Shown: piece after piece, positions 47,692 through 56,236 of the stretch
Layout: the number at the start of each line of letters is the position of its first letter
Numbering within the stretch: the first letter of the stretch is position 1
Assembly: GCA_027317125.1 (NCBI GenBank)
Contig: DAHVFG010000004.1
Location: 1 to 56,236, forward strand
DNA length: 56,236 bases
Direction of reading: 5' to 3'
DNA from: Chloroflexota bacterium
GTDB taxonomy: Bacteria; Chloroflexota; Chloroflexia; QHBQ01; JADMIH01
Program-made: the position numbers and the translations under genes
The notes under the pieces: generated by a model
The model's input: only the letters and a program-made list of their open reading frames with translations
Database searches by the model: none
Told to the model about the DNA's origin: nothing

Positions 47692-48429
47692 TTAACTGCC
47701 GCTCTGTAAGTGATGATCTTTACCCTTGTATGCGTCAATAAAGCGCTTTACGCGCGCCTCATCAAATGTGCTCAGGCGATCTATGCGCGTCCAGGCGGTC
47801 AGTACTATAGGGTTCGTGAGGCCCGTGTAAGGCGCCATTAGCACCTGCGTGTCATAGCCGCCGACCACTTTAGCCAGATTGTCCACAGTAGCCTTGTCGA
47901 GGTTGGGCTGATAGTAAATTACTACACCCCCATCCTCCAGATTATGTACCGCTTGCTCTTTTATCACAGGCTGGGCGCTCACGCCCCAGGCCGCTAAATT
48001 GATAAGGTGAGGACCCGATGTAGGAGGGTCGGTATTATAGCTGTGTGGTGCGTCTACGCTGGCGATATGGGTGCTAGGCTCCTGTGTTATTGATTGTCCG
48101 GGCTTACTCGCCTCGTTGATGATAAGAGCGGTAATGCCCCCTCCCACGAGTAGGACCACAGCTGCCGCTATTCCCAGGTTGCGCAGCGACGACCTCCGCT
48201 TGCGCCGCTCCGCAGCGGCACGCGCTTCACTCTGCCTCTGCATCCTGGCTGCGCGCTTCGCCTCCTGGTCTACAGCCACTTGCGGGTTAGTGCCCGGAGC
48301 GGCTGCGGTCAGAGTGGCTGCGGACGGAGATGTGGAGGCGCTCTGTTTGCGCCCCTGCCCTTGTCGCTGTTTTTGGCCTTGTCCTTGTCTCTTCTGATTG
48401 GGGGTTTGTGTGCCGTGCCTGCTGCTCAA
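47692..48429 (-). CDS. DUF3105 domain membrane-anchored protein (copy 2)
   Basis: TM, THI, YNTDPPTSGPH, VHNLEDGGVVIYY, LTAW, GKDHH; TTG start after GAGGAG. Confidence 0.87.
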   Translation of the reverse strand: MSSRHGTQTPNQKRQGQGQKQRQGQGRKQSASTSPSAATLTAAAPGTNPQVAVDQEAKRAARMQRQSEARAAAERRKRRSSLRNLGIAAAVVLLVGGGITALIINEASKPGQSITQEPSTHIASVDAPHSYNTDPPTSGPHLINLAAWGVSAQPVIKEQAVHNLEDGGVVIYYQPNLDKATVDNLAKVVGGYDTQVLMAPYTGLTNPIVLTAWTRIDRLSTFDEARVKRFIDAYKGKDHHLQSGS

Positions 48430-48571
48430 AGTGATGCTCCTCGTCTCGTAAAGTTCCGGCAAGAAGATAGTTTTATACTTTTTACCACACTTATATTCAC
48501 CGGTAGCCCGCTCCGATGCACCTTGTAGATACGTATAACCGTAGAGTGAAACGGCTACCGGCTGGCGGTAT

Positions 48572-48610
48572 CTACTAACAGATTATAGTGTAATTGCTCG
48601 TGGTCGTCAA
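48572..48610 (-). promoter_or_regulatory. sigma70 promoter of DUF3105-blaI-M56-ccdA with shared operator copy 3
   Basis: Minus-strand TTGACG (48610-48605), 17 bp, TATAAT (48587-48582). Motif CTACTAACAGATTATAGTGT at 48572-48591. Confidence 0.85.
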
Positions 48611-48851
48611 CGGTTTAGGAGCTTCGTAAGCAGGGCGATTGCATCTAAATTGAGGCACGAGAGAACCGCGCGCCTTTGCGGCTCGTATTACTGTTGGCTC
48701 ACACCCGCGCACGAAAATTGCTATCCTCATATGTATGCCGCGGTAAAGTTAGTCGCACTTGTGGCGCGCTGCATACATAATTTATATTTACGTGGGCAAC
48801 ATAGTAGAATCGGTGGTGTAGTCTCTGATAAAACGAAGAGGAGTGAGCAAA

Positions 48852-49685
48852 ATGAACATGAACACAGCGAGTGGGGCAAACTCTGATCTGATAAACAACG
48901 TATTGATAGTGTGGTTTGTCCTCGTAGCGTTCTCGGCTCTTTACGTTGCCTGGGACGCTTTTACAAACAATCCTGAGATGACGGTGATGAAGTGGGGCTG
49001 GCTCCTTGTGACGCTTTACACAGGGCCTGTCGGTTTAGCGATCTACATTCTTTCCTGTAAAGAGCCGAGGCCGGGGACGCATGAGAAGTTCATCCAGCCG
49101 CTCTGGAAGCAAGCCGTTGGCTCCACCATCCACTGTCTCGCGGGCGATGCCACAGGCATCATTGTGGCGGCGGTAGTCACCATGACCCTTGGTTTTCCGA
49201 TGTGGCTGGATTCGATCTCCGAGTACGTTTTCGGCTTCGCGTTCGGCCTGCTAATCTTCCAGTCTCTCTTTATGAAAGACATCATGGGGCTTTCTTATCT
49301 GCAAGCTGTCAAGCGCTCCTTGCTGCCGGAGTGGGTGTCAATGAACAGCGTGATGGCAGGGATGATCCCAACAATGGTGATACTTATGAGCCTCGATGGC
49401 AGCGCGATGGAGGCCACTTCAATCCGCTTCTGGGGCGTGATGTCGCTCGCCACCCTCGCAGGCTTGGTCGTCGCCTACCCGGTGAATGCGTGGCTGGTAG
49501 CCGTAGGGCTGAAGCATGGCATGGGCACTGTGCGGGCACTGGGTAAGGGCGGGCACAGCCTGGCATCTGAAGCGGAAGTAAGCCGGAAGGGATCAGGGGC
49601 AGCGCCCGCCCTGAGTGCAGCTACCGCGCAGAGCGCGGGAGCCCCGGCCTCTGAGAGCAGTATGGGCAGCATGAAAGGAATGTAA
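48852..49685 (+). CDS. DUF4396 domain membrane protein
   Basis: W.LVTLYTGP.GL, STIHCLAGDATG, AYPVNAWLV..GLKHGM; Met-rich tail. Confidence 0.85.
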   Translation: MNMNTASGANSDLINNVLIVWFVLVAFSALYVAWDAFTNNPEMTVMKWGWLLVTLYTGPVGLAIYILSCKEPRPGTHEKFIQPLWKQAVGSTIHCLAGDATGIIVAAVVTMTLGFPMWLDSISEYVFGFAFGLLIFQSLFMKDIMGLSYLQAVKRSLLPEWVSMNSVMAGMIPTMVILMSLDGSAMEATSIRFWGVMSLATLAGLVVAYPVNAWLVAVGLKHGMGTVRALGKGGHSLASEAEVSRKGSGAAPALSAATAQSAGAPASESSMGSMKGM

Positions 49686-49689
49686 AGCG

Positions 49690-51054
49690 ATGGAAAATCA
49701 AGATAAAATGGATATGAGTGGTATGAGCGCCGCGGGAAGCGGCAACGACAGTAAACAGGGGATGGGAGAAGGCAGTGGCAAGGCGATGGAAAAGCCCAAA
49801 ATTACTACCCCTCAGCTGGTGGCGGTCTCGCTACTGACGCTGCTGGCCCTGGCCGGCGGGGTGTTACTGGCCGCGCTCTTTGGCAATTTTGGAATGAGCG
49901 CCGCGGATATGAAAAGCGGAGGAGCCGCGCCCGGCCAGGCCCAGGCCATGCCCACCCAGATGAGTGGTAACAACGGCGCGATGGGAGGAATGGGGGGCTC
50001 CAATGGGCCTATGCCCATTTCTTCGATGCCTCAGGCGCAGATGAGCGGCCTCACCCAGATGAATGGGCTTGTCATGCCACCGGGTATGATTATGACGCAG
50101 GGCATGAGTCCGGAGGCCATGAAGGACATGTCGGCGGTGGACATGAGCAAGGTCTCATATACCGCCCCTGCCGATGCGAGAGGCGACCAGCCTCTGGCCT
50201 CTTCCGTGGTCTCGGATGGTGTCAAAGTCTTCAACCTCGATGTTTCTCTCATAAAGTGGAATATTCTGCCTAATGTGCAGGTGGCAGCTTACGCTTTTAA
50301 CCGCCAGGTTCCTGGGCCGCGAATCACCGTCACTGAAGGCGACCGCGTGCGCATCATCGTCAAGAACAACCTGCCGGAGGCGACCACAGTACACTGGCAT
50401 GGGCTGATTGTACCCAACGGAATGGACGGGCCTGCTGACATAACACAGAAGCCAATCGAGCCGGGGGCGACTTTCACTTATGAGTTCACAACCCAGCAGA
50501 GCGGCACTTACTTTTACCATTCACATAAGAACCCCGACCGCCAGCAAGCTCTTGGGATGTACGGCGCGCTGATCATTGAGCCGAAGGCCAAGCCTGCTAC
50601 CCCCGCGTACAACAAGGACGTCACGATCCAATTGCAGGAGTGGACTGTCAAGGAAGGTTACACCTTCCCAGCCATGCCGATGGAAGGCCTGATGCCAAAC
50701 TTCTTCACCATCAACGGCAAAGCCTACCCCGCGACGGAAACTATCAACGCTAAGGTGGGTGACAATATACTCGTGCGCTTCATCGGCTCAAACAGCGCTT
50801 TCATACACCCTATGCACATACATGGCGGGCCATTCAAGATAGTTGCTACCGATGGCAACGCGGTGCCCGAAGCGGCTCAAATACAAAAGGATACTGTGGA
50901 GGTAGGCCCTGGGGAGCGATACGACGTGATCTGGCCGGCCCGTCTGCCCGGTAAGTGGCTGATACACTGCCACATCAACCATCACACCACCAACGACAAT
51001 GTGGAGGAGCAGGGCGGCGGCGGTCTCACAATGATAATCAACGTGACGCCATAG
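49690..51054 (+). CDS. Two-domain multicopper oxidase with Met-rich N-terminal region
   Basis: HWHG, YHSH, HPMHIHG and HCHINHH copper motifs; TM anchor. Confidence 0.93.
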   Translation: MENQDKMDMSGMSAAGSGNDSKQGMGEGSGKAMEKPKITTPQLVAVSLLTLLALAGGVLLAALFGNFGMSAADMKSGGAAPGQAQAMPTQMSGNNGAMGGMGGSNGPMPISSMPQAQMSGLTQMNGLVMPPGMIMTQGMSPEAMKDMSAVDMSKVSYTAPADARGDQPLASSVVSDGVKVFNLDVSLIKWNILPNVQVAAYAFNRQVPGPRITVTEGDRVRIIVKNNLPEATTVHWHGLIVPNGMDGPADITQKPIEPGATFTYEFTTQQSGTYFYHSHKNPDRQQALGMYGALIIEPKAKPATPAYNKDVTIQLQEWTVKEGYTFPAMPMEGLMPNFFTINGKAYPATETINAKVGDNILVRFIGSNSAFIHPMHIHGGPFKIVATDGNAVPEAAQIQKDTVEVGPGERYDVIWPARLPGKWLIHCHINHHTTNDNVEEQGGGGLTMIINVTP

Positions 51055-51195
51055 CGCCGATGGGCACATAACTTGCTGTGAACAGTTAGACAGCGAGCGT
51101 ACGCAGATGCACTCCCCTCGTTGTCAGACAATTGTGCAGATGCTCTTCTGCAACGTTAATTCAGCAAGTAAAGCTATCATTCAGGAGGAACTACA

Positions 51196-51555
51196 ATGCC
51201 CCACACAATGGACCCACAGATGAACCAGCAAATGCAACAATGTATCCAGGAGTGTCTGAACTGCCACAGTATCTGCTTACAGACGGTGTCGTACTGTTTG
51301 CAGCAAGGAGGGCAGCACGCTGAAGTTCACCATATAACGTCGCTGCTCGATTGCGCGGAGAGCTGCCAGACGAGCGCCAACTTCATGCTGCGTGGCTCTG
51401 AGCTGCATGCGCAAGCCTGCGGCTTTTGCGCTGCGGCATGCGAGATGTGCGCTCAAAGCTGTGAGCAGATGGGCAGCGATGCTCAGATGCAAGCCTGCGC
51501 CCAGGAGTGCCGCCGCTGCGCCGAGTCATGCCGGCGTATGGCGTCTATGGCGTAG
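51196..51555 (+). CDS. Four-helix-bundle copper storage protein (Csp3/DUF326-like)
   Basis: 16 Cys in CxxxC/CxxC spacing, no signal peptide; RBS AGGAGG. Confidence 0.9.
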   Translation: MPHTMDPQMNQQMQQCIQECLNCHSICLQTVSYCLQQGGQHAEVHHITSLLDCAESCQTSANFMLRGSELHAQACGFCAAACEMCAQSCEQMGSDAQMQACAQECRRCAESCRRMASMA

Positions 51556-51725
51556 AGCAAAGCGCCACATCCAGCTGCTACTCGCCAGCCGTCTCAGGCT
51601 CCATGTTGGCACGGAGCTTGAGACGGCTGCTACCTACTCAGAGGCTCGTTCATCCCACCGTCAGCGGCGCAACGCCGAGGCACAGTTATATTCTCACCTG
51701 TGCCCATGAGTCTCTCCCCTTCCCC

Positions 51726-52229
51726 TTACTTCCCCTCCGGGATAATCTCGAAACCGGCGCTTTTCCATGCGTCCATGCCACCCGCAAGGTTGTAGACGTT
51801 TGTGTAACCCAGCCTCGTGAGGGTTTCGCTGGCGATACCGCTCATGCGCCCACTCCGGCACGTTATGACCAACTTAGCGCCTTTGTCTGCCGGAAACTTG
51901 CTTATTTGCTGCTCGACCAGGTTGTAGGCTATGCGCGCATCAGTTTTGGGCAACCTGCCTTCAGGCGGTGTATGGACATCAACCAGGAAGAAATCCTTGT
52001 TGTCGAGCATTGGCTTCAACTCGGCGGGCGTAAGATTGGTGTACGAGCCATAAGCCGTCTTAACTACCGTTCCAATCTGCCCGGATACAGTGGCCTTACC
52101 AGACGAGCTATCAGGTGTTGATGTCGAGTTACCCCCTTGCCCTTGCCCGCAACCGGTAAGGAGGAATGTCAAGGCGAGAATGCAGAAAAGTATAGAGCTC
52201 CGAGAAGCTGGACGGGGCATGTGGTTCAA
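51726..52229 (-). CDS. Rhodanese-domain lipoprotein
   Basis: Lipobox LTGC; active loop CRSGRMS; NLAGGMDAW. Confidence 0.88.
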   Translation of the reverse strand: MNHMPRPASRSSILFCILALTFLLTGCGQGQGGNSTSTPDSSSGKATVSGQIGTVVKTAYGSYTNLTPAELKPMLDNKDFFLVDVHTPPEGRLPKTDARIAYNLVEQQISKFPADKGAKLVITCRSGRMSGIASETLTRLGYTNVYNLAGGMDAWKSAGFEIIPEGK

Positions 52230-52276
52230 CAGAGTTCTCCTTTCAGGAATCGTTTCGCTACCTTATTCATTTACTG

Positions 52277-53749
52277 TTAGCGCGCTGTGCCGCCCGACAG
52301 CAAAGTTGACGCATGGACAGCAAGGGCCACCCATACCTGCGGCAGCACGCCGCTTACCAGCGTTCCCACGCCTAGCACAAAGAGGGAAATGCGGAGTGCC
52401 ACAGGCTCCGGCACAAAGCGCACATTGATATTGCCTGCGGGCGCACGTAGATACAACGGCTCCAGGACCCGCACGTAGTAGAAGAGCGAGAGGGCAACGT
52501 TACCAGCCATAACGACGGCCAGCCAGCTCCAGCCCGCGCCGAGCGCAGCGCCAAAGAGCATCGTCTTGCCGACGAAGCCTCCCAGGGGTGGGAAGCCGGC
52601 GAGCGACAGGAGACAAAGCGCCAGCAATGCAGCGGAGAATGGAAGCTGGCGTCCCAGTCCGGCGAAGCCCCGGATGTCGTCAGAGCCGGTTTGCCGCTCA
52701 ATGGCGTCCACGGCCAGGAAAGCGCCCAGATTCATAAAGAGATAGATCGCCAGGTAAAAGAGGAGCCCCGGTGTGCCGAGGGGGTCCCGCCCGGCTGCGG
52801 CTACACCCACAAGCAAGTATCCCGCCTGCCCAATAGAGGAGTAGGCTAACAGCCGTTTTGCGCTCGCCTGGCGCATAGCGAAGAGGTTGCCCACCGTCAT
52901 AGTTACAGCCGCCAGGATCGCCAGGAGCAGAGGCCAATCGCCGAGTTCGCCGGGGAAAGAGACCAGGAGCGTGCGCAGCAGCACAGCCAGCCCCGCCGCC
53001 TTCGGCCCCACCGACAGATAGCCGGCGATAGGAGTGGGCGCGCCCTGGTAAGTGTCGGGCGCCCAGGCGTGAAAGGGCACAAGCGTGATCTTGAACCCAT
53101 ACCCCGCAATCACAAGTCCCAACGCCACAAGTACGGTCACAAGGGGCGCGGTGGGAAGGCGGCTTGCAAGCTCAGGCAGACGCAATGTGCCTGTAAGCCC
53201 GAACAGGAGAGTCATCCCGTAAATCATCACCGCTCCGGCAGAGGCCGAGAAGAGAAAGAGTTTGAGCGCCGCTTCGGTCGCCAGGCGGTTGCCTTTAGCG
53301 ATGCCCACCAGGATATAGGAGCCGACGGTGATAAGCTGGATGAAGAGCGCGATCAGCGTCAAGTCCTGGCTGGCCGACAACCCGACAATCCCCAGGCAGG
53401 TAAGTAACAGGATGGCAGGCACCTCGCCCGCATGGGGCCTCCCCTCAAAGTGGCTGTGCGTCGCCAGCAGGACCAACCCAGTCGCGAGGATCGCGAAGAG
53501 CTTAAAGTAAACCGCAAAAGGATCAACAGCGTAGGTGCCGAGAAATATGGCTTGCGGCTGCAAGGTGAGCATATAGACGCTGGCGACAGCAGCAGCGCCA
53601 AGCCCTATGAGCGCGGCCCAGGTAGCCAGGCCCTTACGCGTCGGGGGCAAGAGCGCGCCAAGGGGCAGGAGCAACAACGCCAGGCCAGCCAAGATTAGCT
53701 CAGGCACAATCGCCCACAGCTCCATTCCCATACCGCCCGTGCCGGTCAT
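52277..53749 (-). CDS. nuoN: NADH-quinone oxidoreductase subunit N-like antiporter subunit
   Basis: EAALK, GFKITLVPFHAWAPDTYQGAPTP, KRLLAYSSI, SLAGFPPLGGFVGK. Confidence 0.9.
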   Translation of the reverse strand: MTGTGGMGMELWAIVPELILAGLALLLLPLGALLPPTRKGLATWAALIGLGAAAVASVYMLTLQPQAIFLGTYAVDPFAVYFKLFAILATGLVLLATHSHFEGRPHAGEVPAILLLTCLGIVGLSASQDLTLIALFIQLITVGSYILVGIAKGNRLATEAALKLFLFSASAGAVMIYGMTLLFGLTGTLRLPELASRLPTAPLVTVLVALGLVIAGYGFKITLVPFHAWAPDTYQGAPTPIAGYLSVGPKAAGLAVLLRTLLVSFPGELGDWPLLLAILAAVTMTVGNLFAMRQASAKRLLAYSSIGQAGYLLVGVAAAGRDPLGTPGLLFYLAIYLFMNLGAFLAVDAIERQTGSDDIRGFAGLGRQLPFSAALLALCLLSLAGFPPLGGFVGKTMLFGAALGAGWSWLAVVMAGNVALSLFYYVRVLEPLYLRAPAGNINVRFVPEPVALRISLFVLGVGTLVSGVLPQVWVALAVHASTLLSGGTAR

Positions 53750-53813
53750 AACCTGCTCCTTCTTCCCCGCACCTTCGCACCTTTAGCGCCGATTGGTTCA
53801 AAATGCATAAAAG

Positions 53814-55325
53814 CTACCTTCCCACTATCAACGCTGCGAGAGGCCCCACAGGCATGCTGCGTAACGCTCCCTCGAATGCGCCCACCAGTGGGCCCGGCGC
53901 AATCCCCAGGAGGACTATGAGCAGAATTAAAGGGAGTAATACGGCGAGTTCGCGCGCATTGAGGCGCGGCAGCCCACGCCATTCGTCCGGCAGCTTGCCA
54001 AGCAGCACCCTCTGTAACGTCCACAGGAACATGGCGGTAGTGACAAGCACCCCCACCAGCATGCCCACAGCAGCCCAGGCATATATCCCAAGGGTGCCCA
54101 GGACTATCTGCACTTCGGCGGCGAAGTGAGCCAGGGCAGGCAGCCCGAAGGAGGCGAACATCATAAAGACCAGAATCGAACCGTAGAGTGGCAGAGCAGC
54201 CCAGATGCCGGAGAGTCGGGGTATATCCCGCGTGCCGGTGCGCTCAGAAAGCATCCCCACCAGTAAGAAAAGCCCGCCCGTCACGAGGCCGTGCGCGATG
54301 AGCTGGTAGCTGGCCCCGCTGGCTGCCGCCGTGCGGTCGGCGGGGCTGGCCCAGGAAGCTGCCGCCACAGCCACGCCCAGCAGCACGTAGCCCATGTGGT
54401 TGATGCTAGTGAAGGCCACAAGACGCTTGAGGTCGCGCTGGCCCATAGCTACAACTGCTCCATAAATCGCAGAGAATACAGCCAGCGCCGCAATAGGCCA
54501 CGCCCAGGCGCTGAAGGCGTCGGGCACGGTAGGTAGAGCCAGACGCAGGAATCCATACCCGCCCAGCTTGAGGAGAAGGCCCGCGAGCACTACACTACCG
54601 GCGGTGGGCGCTTCGGTGTGAGCATCTGGCAGCCAGGAGTGTAGTGGCACAACCGGCAGCTTGATACCAAAGCCTATCAAGAAGCCAAGCAGCACCAGCG
54701 TAGCCCCCAACCCGGTGCCCACGTAAGGCCTGGCAGCTATGATGGCAGGTAGGTCGAAGGTGCGGGGGTTGGTTCCGAGATAGAGCGCCAGGATCGAGAG
54801 GAGCATAGCCAGACTGCCCACGCGGGTGTATATGAAGAACTTGAGTGCGGCTTCCACCCTCCGTTCATGCCCCCACACGCCGATGATAAAATACATAGGC
54901 ACCAGGGCCAGCTCAAAGAAGACGTAGAAAAGGAGCAGGTCAAAGGTGCTGAATACCCCGTTGAGGCCCGTCTCCATGACCAAAAAGAGGGCGAAGAACT
55001 CGCGAGGCCGCTGCTCCTGGTTCCAGGAGAAGATCAGAGCAAGTAAGGTGAGCAGTGCCGAGAGTAGCAAGAGCGGCAGGGACAGCCCGTCGATAGCCAG
55101 GTGGTAGCTGGCCCCCAGGGAAGGTATCCAGTCTACCCTCTCCTCGAATTGCGGCGCGCCACTACTCCAGTTGAACAAGGCGGCCAGCACGATACCAAGC
55201 GCCAGCACTATCCCCGCTGTGCCTACAGCCACCCAGCGCCAGGCGTTACGATTCGGTACCAGGTAGAGAGCGAGCGCGCCCACAAGCGGTAAGAATATTA
55301 TGAGTGTCAGAAGTGGTACAAGCAC
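53814..55325 (-). CDS. nuoM: NADH-quinone oxidoreductase subunit M-like antiporter subunit
   Basis: DGLSLPL, FFELALVPMY, KLPVVPLHSWLPDAHTEAP, LLKLGGYG, DLKRLVAFTSINHMG; GTG start at 55325. Confidence 0.92.
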   Translation of the reverse strand: MLVPLLTLIIFLPLVGALALYLVPNRNAWRWVAVGTAGIVLALGIVLAALFNWSSGAPQFEERVDWIPSLGASYHLAIDGLSLPLLLLSALLTLLALIFSWNQEQRPREFFALFLVMETGLNGVFSTFDLLLFYVFFELALVPMYFIIGVWGHERRVEAALKFFIYTRVGSLAMLLSILALYLGTNPRTFDLPAIIAARPYVGTGLGATLVLLGFLIGFGIKLPVVPLHSWLPDAHTEAPTAGSVVLAGLLLKLGGYGFLRLALPTVPDAFSAWAWPIAALAVFSAIYGAVVAMGQRDLKRLVAFTSINHMGYVLLGVAVAAASWASPADRTAAASGASYQLIAHGLVTGGLFLLVGMLSERTGTRDIPRLSGIWAALPLYGSILVFMMFASFGLPALAHFAAEVQIVLGTLGIYAWAAVGMLVGVLVTTAMFLWTLQRVLLGKLPDEWRGLPRLNARELAVLLPLILLIVLLGIAPGPLVGAFEGALRSMPVGPLAALIVGR

Positions 55326-55335
55326 AGATATTTCC

Positions 55336-56236
55336 TCACTGCAAAACCATGAAAATAGCCGCCAGCACGAGCGCACTCAGGCCCCAGACAAAGATCAGTA
55401 GTAGATAGTTCTCGATAAGTCCAGTCTGCAATGCACGTACACGCTGGCTGACGGCGAGCACTCCGGCGGCAAAGCGGTTGAATAGAGCATCGAGACGATA
55501 CAGATCGAAGCGTGCGCCGGCCCGGATCGCGGCGAGTGTGCCTGACGCTATTCTACTGGCAGACGCATCAAAGACCGAGCGGTCAAAGTCGCTCAACGCC
55601 GTCGTTGCCCACAGGCCGAGACGCGGCACAGCACGGTAGAGCGCGGCTATGCCGAATTCATCCGCAAGCACAGGAGCTACTCGTTCGAGTGGGGGCCAAA
55701 TTAAGTTAGCAGGCCAGCGGCGACGTGCCCACAGGCCAATCGTAGCGCCGATAACCGCCACTCCAAGCCCAAGAGCTGTAGCTGTAACCGACTCCGGAGT
55801 GGCCACACCGAAGAACCGGCTCATCGGCTGCCCTAATAGAGCAGCATCCGCCAGCAGGCCGAGAGGGACCAACCCCGCCAGCACTATCACCGGGCGAAGA
55901 AGGCCCGTTTGAGCCTGGGAAGCATGTCGCGCAGCTTCGCTGGGAGGCCCAAGAAAGACCAGGCCAAGCATCCGAGCGGCGTAGAGGGCGGTGAGGAGGC
56001 TGGCAAGTAGCACAACTGCGAAGAGCGCCCAGTTGAGGCTTCCCGCCGCAGCCAGCACAGGGTCTTTAGGTGGGAGGGCCAGCGTCACAGGCAGCCCCGC
56101 AAGGGCGGCAGCGCCGATACAAAAAGAGGCAAAGGTGCCGGGCAGACGCCGAGCAAGCCCACCCATGCGGCTAAATCCGGTGCCCTCCACCGAGTGATCC
56201 ACCACCCCGGCGGCAAGGAAGAGGAGCGACTTGAAG
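55336..56236 (-). CDS. nuoL: NADH-quinone oxidoreductase subunit L-like, 5'-truncated by the window edge
   Basis: FKSLLFLAAG, MGGL, ALAGLP, LTALYAARM, C-terminal LQTG...NY. Confidence 0.88.
   Translation of the reverse strand, partial: FKSLLFLAAGVVDHSVEGTGFSRMGGLARRLPGTFASFCIGAAALAGLPVTLALPPKDPVLAAAGSLNWALFAVVLLASLLTALYAARMLGLVFLGPPSEAARHASQAQTGLLRPVIVLAGLVPLGLLADAALLGQPMSRFFGVATPESVTATALGLGVAVIGATIGLWARRRWPANLIWPPLERVAPVLADEFGIAALYRAVPRLGLWATTALSDFDRSVFDASASRIASGTLAAIRAGARFDLYRLDALFNRFAAGVLAVSQRVRALQTGLIENYLLLIFVWGLSALVLAAIFMVLQ

Noticed and set aside
51253-51267. CxxCH motif (CLNCH) as a Ccm substrate
   Set aside because: It lies in a cytosolic Csp3-like bundle with no signal peptide and is part of its Cys pattern.

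Overview
GC-rich bacterial genomic window. The gene content (F420-dependent FDOR, Thr-rich lipoprotein linkers, ccm gene layout, heptamer/REP-like intergenic repeats) suggests Chloroflexota; this is an inference. The left end holds a csoR-copA copper efflux unit with its promoter and operator, NDH-2, an FDOR, a sugar ABC operon with a GH13 glucosidase, GH130, a COG4280 pair, an OmpR-family two-component system, an LLM oxidoreductase and an orphan SIS-HypC-like-SIS triad. From about 25.5 kb to the end lies a metal/envelope-redox region: a cytochrome c maturation operon (Cys-type CcmE plus CcmH, with accessory genes), three TlpA/CcmG thioredoxins, CcdA, two DUF3105 proteins, a BlaI/M56 (BlaR1-like) pair, ArsR plus a pseudogenised CDF, VIT1, DUF4396, a two-domain multicopper oxidase, a Csp3-like copper storage protein, a rhodanese lipoprotein and divergent nuoL/M/N. 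The best candidate for a new system is a shared 20-bp motif (CTACTAA-N6-WTMGTDK) overlapping the -10 box of three near-consensus sigma70 promoters. It suggests that a BlaI plus sensor-less M56 protease pair with two extracytoplasmic cysteines controls a thiol-reduction/cytochrome-maturation regulon rather than beta-lactam resistance. A modular MITE/REP-like repeat family occupies several intergenic regions. All family assignments come from motif recognition by eye; no database search was run.
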